A stretch of 64,000 bases of DNA, from assembly GCF_046119375.1 (NCBI RefSeq), contig NW_027362762.1, forward strand, positions 654,038,001 to 654,102,000. The letters run 5' to 3'. Of the stretch, positions 52,130-64,000 are shown in pieces. Under the pieces are notes generated by a model that saw only the letters and a program-made list of their open reading frames with translations, did not search any database and was not told the origin of the DNA. Source of the DNA: Phyllobates terribilis (lineage: Eukaryota). Position 1 is the first letter of the stretch. Every line of letters starts with the position of its first letter. A program made the position numbers and the translations under genes.

Positions 52130-52370
52130 ACCGGGAGACAGATAGATACAGTTTGGAAAAGACAGTCAGATATGCAGCATGGTGTTTGCAGGTAGGGTCA
52201 GATGACATACCAGGAGACAGATAGATACAGTTTGGAAAAGACAGTCAGATATGCAGCATGGGGTTTGCAGGTAGGGTCAGATGACGTACCGGAAGACAGA
52301 TAGATACAGTTTGGAAAAGACAGTCAGATATGCAGCATGGGGTTTGCAGGTAGAGTCAGATGACGTACCT
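52130..52370 (-). repeat. 79-bp tandem repeat x3 in the L2 5' UTR
   Basis: GATAGATACAGTTTGGAAAAGACAGTCAG at 52141, 52220 and 52299. Confidence 0.93.
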
Positions 52371-52670
52371 GTGGGTGAAGCAGAACAGATTCTCAGATAA
52401 AGAATGGTGATAAGGGGTTATATATCTGGTATATTTCATTTTTAGCCCCTTAAATAGCAACCCTTTAAAAGCCAGACCCGTCTGTGCCAGACTTGGCTCC
52501 CTTGATTTATGATTACTATGCCTTTAAACAATTTTTGGCTGCCCATATGATGATGTCATGTATTTAGAAGCTTCTGATAGTTTTTTTGGCAACATCTGAG
52601 TTAGTTAGAGACACACCTGTGGATGTATTTTAATGCACACCTGAAACACACTGCTTTTTTGTGTAGCATC

Positions 52671-54792
<2,122 letters not shown>

Positions 54793-55003
54793 TGAAATGT
54801 ATGTAAACTTTTGACTTTGCAGTAAGTAATAAAAATCCCTTAAAATATTCTCTCTCATTATTCTGGCATTTGGCAAATATTAAAAATTATGGTAATCCTA
54901 ATTGACCTAAAATGGGAAAGGTCTGATTTCATGTCAGATATTGAGAAAAACATGCATATGTGTATTTTTATATAGTGTATGTAAACTTCTGGTTTCAACT
55001 GTA

Positions 55004-55830
55004 AGTTGGCTATGTGTGGGCTCACATACTGTATATAGAGGGGCCATGTGGGGGCTCATGCTGTATATATGGTGCTGTGTGTGGCCTTATACTGTAAAAG
55101 GGGAGGTCATACTGTATATAGGGGGCTGTGTGTGTGTGCTCATACTGTATATGGGGGATCATGCTGTAAATAGGGGGCTTTGTGTGGGCTCATACTGTTT
55201 ATGTAGGGGCTCATAGTGTATATAGGGAGCTATGTGGAGGCTTACAATATATATAGGGAGCTTTATGGGGGCTCATACTGTGTATAGTGTGGAATGTGTC
55301 TGGGCTCATACTGTATATAGGGGGTGCTGTGTATGGTTTCACACTGTAAATAAGTTGGCTATGTGAGGGCTCATACTGTGTATAGGGGAGCTATGTGTGG
55401 GCTCATACTGTATATAGGGGGGCTATGTGTGGGCTCATATTGTATATCGGAGGCTATGTGTGAGGGCTCATACTGTATATCGGGGCTCATACTGTATATA
55501 GGGGTCTCATACTGTATATGGGGGGGTGAGCTCATACTGTATATGTGGACTCATATTGTATATAGGGTACTATGTGGGGGCCTCATGCTGTATATAAGGG
55601 CTGTGTGTGGGTGCATACTGTATATAGGGGCTCATACTGTATATAGGGGACTATGTGGGGGTTCATGGTGTATATAGGGTACTGTGGGGTGCCTTATGCT
55701 GTATATAGGGGACTCTGTGTGAGCTAATACTGTATATAGGGAGAGCTGTGTGTGTGCTTATACTGTATATAGGAGCTGTGTGTGGTCTCATACTGTCTAT
55801 AGGGGTGCTCTGTATGGAATCACTATGTGT
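55004..55830 (+). repeat. Degenerate 20-35-bp minisatellite (GGGGCTCATACTGTATATAGGGG core), continuing 24280-24512
   Basis: The same core motif occurs on both sides of the TA-flanked Tc1. Confidence 0.85.
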
Positions 55831-56453
55831 GTAATTCCAAAATACATTTGTAAGAGCTTATACTGAGTATGAGTCTAACATTCTATGAAAGTACAGCATA
55901 GAACAGGGCAGAGGGTGATAGCAGATGCTATGCAGATAACTAAGTAAATCTATTCATTTTGTATGAAGAGGAAAGTTCTAGACATGACCAGGGTGGGTTG
56001 TTAAATATACTTGTAGATGTAGGAAAGATTGCACAAGCAACTTGGTAGTGCGTCATATACAGTACATACAGTACTCATTGCAAAGGGGTTTATTAACCTA
56101 ACTGTAGAATAGCAACTAGTGTCAGGCAGCAGCTGACAAGAGAAAGAAGAACATGGAATGCACAAAATGGGGCATAGATGCACCTGCCGAAAATATAATT
56201 TGACCTCTTTCCAAACATAAGTCAAACTAAATATGGTTTATAACAGATCAATCAGTACTGAGACAGACACCAAAAGTATGTTACTTGCAGATCCTAAAGT
56301 ATGTAAAAAAATATATATACTATACTGGTTGTATCAATATCACAAAGCTCTACAAACAACACTGATTAGTATTAAAAATATTTTTTAAAAAAGACCAAAA
56401 AAGAGAGAAATAAACCTATGAATTTTGAATATTGTGGATACCGTAATTATGTT

Positions 56454-58038
56454 CAGTAGTGTTCAAAATTAATAGCAGTGTATTCAAAAACATGAGATAA
56501 GCACAAAATCTTTATACTAGTTTTTATTTCCATGCATTGGGAATATTGCACACTGTTTTTTAATTCAAAACATGAAGAGAAATGTCAATCATTTTTAACT
56601 ACTTTACAGAAAATAACAAAAAATGAACATTGGGCTGTTCTAAAAAATAGAATTGTTTGCATTTGTCTTTACAAACTCACAATATGTACTCTTTTTTAGG
56701 ATTTAACATTCCTGTGAATCACTAAGCTAATATTTAGTTGTATAACCACAGTTTTTTAGAACTGCTTCACATCTATGTTGCATAGAGTCAACCAACTTCT
56801 GGCACCCTTCAACTGTTATTCCAGCCCAGGATGCTTTGACTACATCCCACAATTTCTTGGCATTTGTTGTCTTTGCCTCAGGAATGGCATTTTTGATGTC
56901 ACCCCACAAGTGTTCTATCAGATTAAGGTCCAGGGATTGGGCTGGCCACTCCATAACCTCAATTTTGTTGGACTGGAACCAAGATTTAGCTAGTTTACTG
57001 GTGTTTAGGGTCGTTGTCTTATTGAAACACCCATTTCAAGGGCATTTCCTCTTCAGAGTATGGCAACATGTCCTCTTCAAGTATGTTACTATATGCAAAC
57101 TGGTGCATGATCCCTGGTAAGCGGTAAATAGGTCCGGCACCATAATAAGAGAAACATGCCCATATCATGATGCTTGCACCACCATGCTTCACTGTCTTCA
57201 GAGTGTACTGTGGCTTGAACGCAGAGTTTGGGGGGTCATCTGACAAACTGTCTGCGGCCCTTGGACCCAAAAGAACAATTTTACTTTCATCAGTCCACAA
57301 AATGTTTCTCCATTTCTCTTTAGGCCAGGTGATGTGTTCTTTGGCAAATTTTATCCACTTCAGTACATGTCTTTTTTTTTAACAGTGGGACTTTGTGGGG
57401 ACTTCTTTCTAAGAGATTAGCTTCACACAGGCATCTTCTGTCACAGTACTCACAGGTAACTTGAGACTGTCTTTGATCATCCTGGAGCTGACCATTGGAT
57501 GAGCCTTTGCCATTCTGTCTATTTTTCAATCGATTCGAATGGTAGTCTTCCATTTTCTTCCATGTCTCTTTGGTTTTGCTTTCCATTTTAAAGCATTGGA
57601 GATCATTTTAGCTGAACAGCCTATAATTGCACTTCTTCATAAGTTTTATCCTCTCCAATCAATTTTTTAATCAAAGTACGCTGTTCTTCTGAACAATGTC
57701 TTGAATGACCCATATTTCTCAGGCTTTCAAGGAGAAATACAAGTACAACATGTGCTGGCTTCACCCTTAATTAAGGGCCACCTGATTCACAACTGTTTCT
57801 TCACAGAATGATTGACCTCACTAATTGAGCTCCATACTGCTATTATTTTGAGCACACCCCTTTCAATTAATTATTCACAGACTCAAAAATATGCAGTTTT
57901 TCAATGCTGAGTCTGTTGGTTTTGTTAGAATCTACTGCACCAACTGATAAATTGTTTGACGTGGTAATATAATTTATACCAAAAACAGTGATTAATTGGG
58001 TTAGTCGTGTTGGACTGATATTATTTTGAACACTACTG
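56454..58038 (-). mobile_element. Decayed Tc1 transposon with short TIRs
   Basis: CAGTAGTGTTCAAAAT... / ...ATTTTGAACACTACTG+TA. WTDESK, KHGGASIMIWACF, WPAQSLDLNLIEHLW. Confidence 0.88.
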
Positions 58039-58288
58039 TAAAGGCATAATAGAGTTTGTGTGGCTTCAAAGGAATACAACTAAGGGAAGAAATTAAATGG
58101 CTTAGCAGTAATATCAAGAACGATTATAAAAATTGCCATCATGCAATTTAGTAACAAAAGATAGCTAATGGGTGATCTAATAGTTAGGTCTCTGCTGTCT
58201 CTGTGACTGTTCATTCAATTCTGGCAGCACAGGATGAATGTTCAAACCAAAAACAGGTGCTCGTTGCTTCATAGTGGAGCCAATCATT

Positions 58289-58420
58289 TAAATACACCTT
58301 CCCACCTGTTTGTTTTCCCTCAATCTCCACTTCCCTCTTCTTTGGTTGACAACTCTGGCTTCATAAAACTAAAGAAGGGCAGATATAGAGGGAAGAAAAG
58401 CAGGTAGGAAGGTGTATTTA
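58289..58420. mobile_element. Small MITE (132 bp)
   Basis: TIR TAAATACACCTTCCCACCTG / CAGGTAGGAAGGTGTATTTA. A related copy lies at the end of the window. Confidence 0.7.
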
Positions 58421-61400
58421 TATGATTGCCTCCACCATGATGCACTGGCCGCCTGTACTTGGTTTGAATAGTCATTCTGCGTTGACAGAGTCCCTTTTAG
58501 ACTTTAAGAGGGTTTCCATGGACTGTTTTTGCACTTCATTTATCAGGTCACAGAAATTCATTCAACCCTGTACAGGGATTCACCTTTTCACACTTATACT
58601 GGGATCTGGCTTTGGATGAAAAGGCCCATTTATAATTTCTATGCTGGCTTTTCACACATACAGTATCCTTCCACTGTAGTCTACTCCACGGTCGGTGAAG
58701 CACACAGTTTTGCCTTACTTCGTCACTGCCTAGTTTATCGCCATAGTCCTGATCAGCAAGTCTCTCTACCAGCTCAGCGATTCCATGTCTATATTCTTCC
58801 ACTACTGGCAACCTAGATCTACCCCTCGGGACCACCAGTAGTCCCACGAACCCAGTCCTGTTTAGGTCTATTACCTTTGGCGTTTAGCAAGTTCAGGGTT
58901 TCTTGTGACACCTCATCCTATCCAAGGACCACATTAAGGTGGAATGCCACGCTGTCTCATCTTCAGCCAGTTCTAGGTCACGCTACTCCCTTGTCCCTTA
59001 GTTTCCTTTTTTTAGTAGTTCATCCCAATGGCAGCACTGCTCACAGACACTTCCTACTTGAAGTCAAACCTGTCCCTATCTGTCTAACTACAGGAAGTGG
59101 TCAATTTCCCTAGTACTAAACCCCTCCCGCTATTGGCTAGTCCCAGACATTAGCACTATCCTTACCCTAGTGTCGCTACCTAACTACAGCCACTATCTTA
59201 TTCTACCTATCTTGTGTCCTAAGTCCTAACCTATGTCTTTCCTGATGCTATCCTATTCTGTATACTACCAACATAGCTACACTTTACATAGGCAAACATC
59301 ACATGGCACAATATATGCAAAAGACACAGGACACTATAAACATGACGCGATTAATGTCTTCAGTGATAGGAACGCCACAGTCCAGTCCAAACTTTTTACA
59401 CTAACATTTACTTGTATGGTAGGCTGGGTGTGAGTAGGCTGCTTAGCTGAAGAACAGAGCTATGTACTTAACCTCTTAAACTACAGGCTGGGGGGTGAGT
59501 GCGCCAACCAGCAAAGATGTCAGTGCTGCCCCTTCCTCTGTCTAGTGTGCTACTAGCTTTGTCAGAGCTTTAACTGCCAATAGCAGAGGCAAATCGCACA
59601 GGAAATGTGTCAGGCGAGTATATAATGTTGCACCCTTCTACTGGGAGATCTCTGGGCCATTAGGATCAAGTTTCCAAGAAAATTTAAGTTTAAACATTTT
59701 GATCAGGCTAGCTGCATTAATTTTACTACCTGATATACAGTACCTATCCTCTGGACCATATCCCCACCAATGGACAAGATATTGCAAATACCCTCTATTA
59801 AACTGAGAATCAAGTATTTTTTGTATGTAAAACTGTAAGATGTTGATCTGGATAGGTGGAAAGCGTTAGATTAGGTGAACAAATGAATGATACCCCTTGA
59901 GCAGACTTTTATGAGAAACATTCAGTAAATGTAAAGTGGCTAGGAATTTTAGGCAAAAAGCTATAGAGTTAATGAACTCTGTGAACTTATAAGGACTAAA
60001 AAAATTAGAAACCAATTTAAATGAGGATACTTAACCTTGATAGTTTTGTAGATAAGAAATGTTATGGTGAGGTGGATTCTCTAGATCAGGAAGGACAACT
60101 GGGACCAATGTTGATGGCACTGCGGGCAGAACTTGCTGGATGGCACATGGAACAGCGAGGACCAGGACAGCAGAGTATGATAAACACCAGAAAAACAAAA
60201 AGACGCCAGAAGGCACAGCTAAAAGTGATTCACACAGGAACTGAAGAGGAATGTTCCATTCAAGACTTTCAGAATTGTTAGTAATGTAAACTAGTCCAAA
60301 GTTGAGTTTGTTATGCTTACAGCAGATGAAGAGGCAGTTGTAGGTCGGAGTCAGGAAGCAAATGTAGATTGCATACGCTAACAGGAGTTTGCTGGGAGTA
60401 TTCCCAGCTGAGAGAACTGGGAAGGCAAACTCCAAAGCACAAGATTACCGAGTCAGCTTTAAAAGGCCTTGGGTGATGATATCACTGGAGTTTGCTGGGT
60501 AACCCATGAAACTAAATAAGGAGCACAGCAAAGGACAACAGCCATAAGAATTGTACAAGAACTCAGCGCTGGAGCCAAGACAGGTGTGTAAAAACTAGAC
60601 CTTGCAACCAACTTGGAGGTTGGGCTCAACCATTCATCTTTTATTGGAAGAACAACATCGTTCCTGAGCTTTTCTCAGATTTTCCCTGATGTCAAAGCAG
60701 ACATGTTTCAAGAGATCCATAGATTTATTTGCCTTAGGAGTGTCAATAAGGAACCAAAAAACAAACTGAAAAGAGGATCATACCTAAGGTTAAAGAAAAA
60801 TAGTGACATCTTTAGGGCAGTGGTAACAATTATTTATGGCAAATTCTACAAGAGGGAGATATGTCACCCAGTCAGACTGATGTACACCTATATATTAGTG
60901 TAGGTATTGCTGAAGGGTCTAATTTAATTGTTCCATTTGTTATTGGGCTCTGGGTAGTAGGTTGAATAAAATGACAGTTCAGGACCAATTCTTTTCAAAT
61001 GTCTGAGAGTTATCTAATTCTGATAATGGAACAAGTGACATTGTTTGCTGAATCTGTCAACAATAGCTCAGATAACTGATTTTCCTTCAGATGATAGAAG
61101 GACTGCTTTGAAATCCATAGAAAGAATTGTTCAAGGACCTTTGGGTACAGGTAGTGGAGCGAAAAGACTAGCAGAACTGTTTCAGGGCATTTTAACACAA
61201 GCACAGCTATCACAGGTGAGAACATATGCCATAACATCTATGGATATTGATGGTCACCACAAATTATAGGAGACCATAATTCCAGGATGCCCAGTCAGGA
61301 CAGTAACATGAGTCTTTTACAATGCGTGAAAATGGAATTTTGGGGGCTATAAATCCTCCGGCAGATCTAGCACAACCAGTGAAAGAATAATTCCATCAAC

Positions 61401-61559
61401 CAGGAAAACAATAGTTTACATCTGGAAACTTTTGGCAGAAATGTTCCACTTGTACATGATGACATGTTTCTCAGTTTTGGCAAAAATATTGTTTTGATAT
61501 CATTTTTGAAGAACAATATGTACATTTTTAATATTCAAAGTCAAAGAAATAGAATATTG

Positions 61560-61790
61560 TCTAGATGCACAACCACAAGTTTACAAAAAATGATCTCTGA
61601 AAATGTTCTATTCTTCCTCCATCATTTGTTGTATCTTTGTAAGCATTTTTTCCAATATAATGATGAGGGGAATTACATAGTGAATGCCATAGTTTTCCCT
61701 ATTAACAAATTTTGTAGCTTCTTCGAAGGGCCTCAGTAAGATACACAAGTTCCCTATAACCTTCCAATGGTGGATCTCAAAGTAATACAA
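61560..61790 (-). pseudogene. Possible hAT transposase fragment
   Basis: WKVIGNLCILLRPFEEATKFV...VIPLI resembles the hAT W..I...LL.PFE.AT segment (compare 42300-42420). Confidence 0.5.
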
Positions 61791-61866
61791 GTTTTAGTTT
61801 TTTTCTGGTTCATGATATAATTAGTCACCACCTTAAATTTCTCATAAAGATGCGGCTACATATATA

Positions 61867-62965
61867 CAGTGGCTTACGAAAGTATTCACCCCTCCCCCCC
61901 CCTTGGCATTTTTCGTGTTTTGCTACATCACAACATGATATTTCACTGGTTTTTATGAGGGTTTGCATCAGTTCATGTAAAGAACATGCATACAACTGTG
62001 AACATTTGATTTTCTTTTTAGTGTGAAACAAACAACTAATAGGAAAAAATCACTGAAAACTTCAGTGTGCATAACTATTCACCCCCCTAAAGTCAGTACT
62101 TTGTAGAGCCTCCTTTTGTGACAATAACAGCTGAAATTCACTTATTCACTTTGGATGAGTCTCTGAGCTTTTCACATCTTGCAACTGGGATTTTTGCTCA
62201 TTCCTCAAGGCAAAACTGTTCCAGCTCCTTCAAGTTAGATGGTTTTCTCTGGTGAACAGCAATCTTCAAGTCTGACCACAGATTCTCAATTGGATTAAGG
62301 TCTGGGCTTTGACTAGGCCACTCTAAAACATTTACACATTTCCTCTTAAGCCACTCGAGTGTTGCTTTAGCAGTATGCTTTGGGTCATTGCCTTGTTGGA
62401 AGGTGAATGTCTGTCCCAGTCTCAAATTACGGACAGACTGAAACAGGTTTTGCTCAAGAATATCCCTGTACTTTGCACCATCCATCTTCCACTCAACTCA
62501 AACCATTTTCCTGTCCCTGCTAGAGAAAACCATCCTCATAGCATGATGTTGCCATGACCATGTTTCACTATGGTGATGGTGTTCTTGGGGTGATGAGCTG
62601 TGTTGGTTTCGCGCCAGACATAGCATTTACCATGCTGGCCAAAAAGTTCAATTTTTTCTCATCTGACCCGAGCACCTTCCTCCATACCTTTGGGGAGTCT
62701 CCCACATGTCTTTTGGCAAACTCAAGACAAGCCTTACAAATTTTTGTGTGCAAGTGAAGGCTTTTTTTCTGCCCACTCTTCCAGAAAGGCCACCTGTATG
62801 GAGTGTATGGCTTATTGTGGTTGTATAGACAGTCTCTGCTTGTGAACTCTGCAGCTCCTTTAGGGTTACCTTTGGTCTCTATGATGCCTCTCTGATTAAT
62901 GCCCTCCTTGCCTGGACTGAAAGTTTTGGTGTGCAGCCCTCTCTTGGCAGGTTTGTTGTGGTACC
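61867..62965 (-). mobile_element. 5'-truncated decayed Tc1
   Basis: TA+CAGTGGCTTACGAAAGTATTCACCCC terminus. [25 protein letters not shown]. Confidence 0.85.
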
Positions 62966-63879
62966 ATCAGGGCTGCCACCAGGAAATTCAGGGTCCCATA
63001 CTGGCAAAATTTTTGGGCCCTCTTGAGACTCTGCCCAGGCTCCACCTTAGCTCCGCCTCCATCCTTCCACAGTCTCACCGCCCGCTCTTGGAAAAACTCC
63101 ACTTCTGCACCACATTCTCACCAATCACACATTAAGTCAAAACCAGGAGTGGAATAATCAGAGGAAAAGTAAAATAGAAACACGTCCCCTCTTCTGCATT
63201 TTTCACCCACTACTGGTTTTGTTTTACAAATACTGATGTAAAATACTGACCAAATACCGAACGCGTGAATGTGGCCTACAATTCCCATTAAACACCATAT
63301 CACATACATAGACATCAGCTTTTGTTTTGGCCAAAAGATTTTTTAAGCCGCCACCACCACAAAAGGTAGACTCTTCTGTCAGGGCCCTACTCTATTCTAA
63401 CCTATTAAACATTTGTTAAAATATCCAATACTCTTATTAGGTATATTTTTATTTATGTCTTTTTAAGGGAATGTGTCACATACATTTTTTACAATCACCA
63501 ATAATACCACATACATGTGAAAAATACCGTCACACCGTGACCAGATCATATATTACCACCACATAGTGACCAAATAATACTACATATAAGGAACAAATAC
63601 CGCCACACCATGACCAAACTACATAATAACACAAACAGGGGATAAATACCGGCACACCATGAATAGATAGTCTATGAGAGCATTCTTCAGGCTCTTAGAC
63701 TTGCATTGAGAACTTGTAACATAGCTTCTGACTTCCAGCTTGTCAGAAGCTGTGCTCCCAAGATGGCGCAGTGAGACCAGAGCAGTGTTAAAAATTGATA
63801 AAGATGAAGGGACTGTCAGCATAGAACCACTGTTGAAACGAAGTCCCGCCAATTGATGCTTCACAGCAGGGCCAATCAT

Positions 63880-64000
63880 TTATTTTCACCTTCCCATCTG
63901 TTCGTTTTCCCTCTGTCCCCACCCCCTATTTTTTGATTGACATCTCTGGCATCATAGGGCCAGAGAAGAAAGGAGATAGAGGGAAATCAAGCAGGTGGGA
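63880..64000. mobile_element. Second copy of the small MITE, cut by the window edge
   Basis: CACCTTCCCATCTGTTCGTTTTCCCTC...GAGGGAAATCAAGCAGGTGGGA aligns with 58294-58410. Confidence 0.65.

Larger units (their letters stand above)
31349..52510 (-). mobile_element. Apparently full-length L2 LINE (native parts 31349-33421 and 50391-52510)
   Basis: 9-bp TSD GATTACTAT (31340-31348 and 52511-52519) and an (AAT)n tail at 31349. RT lies at 31557-33421 ([18 protein letters not shown]). APE endonuclease lies at 50767-51420 (ITETWL, VIYRPPG, ADFNIP). Confidence 0.9.

Noticed and set aside
52431-52510. HDV-like ribozyme at the L2 5' end (GGGAGCC/GGCTTTT helix)
   Set aside because: P1 would need three G-U pairs, the candidate P3 loop is only 4 nt, and there is no P2 or J4/2.
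54941-55677. Cys/Gly/Tyr-rich ORFs resembling keratin-associated proteins (also 24155-24448)
   Set aside because: They are translations of the GGGGCTCATACTGTATATA minisatellite.

Overview
This is a eukaryotic, almost certainly vertebrate, window; the repeat families suggest an anuran amphibian (inference only). I find no host gene, RNA gene or CRISPR array. Nearly all interpretable sequence is transposable element, and target-site duplications (TSDs) let much of the nesting be reconstructed. 1-3923 is the 3' part of a pol-less LTR element (Gag-like domain plus 57-aa repeats, PPT, 1.94-kb LTR). It is inserted in a PNMA-like gag that has a tRNA-Ser PBS. Next come a Chapaev3-like transposase split by a solo LTR, two Tc1 elements, a hAT MITE, and an L2 LINE interrupted by a young 421-bp x4.4 tandem array with a 12-bp TSD. 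Each unit of that array carries an HDV-ribozyme-like fold. Penelope and CR1 remnants follow. From 24513 to 55001 a Sleeping-Beauty-like Tc1 is stretched to 30.5 kb by nested insertions: a second Tc1 holding a full chromovirus, and a full-length L2 holding a second chromovirus. That second chromovirus holds a 10.7-kb hAT with an internal satellite and a captured block (DD37E Tc1, L1 fragment, solo LTR). Both chromoviruses show a Tf1/sushi-type self-priming signature. The last 9 kb hold two decayed Tc1s and small MITEs. Most ORF-track entries are antisense or off-frame shadows of these elements.
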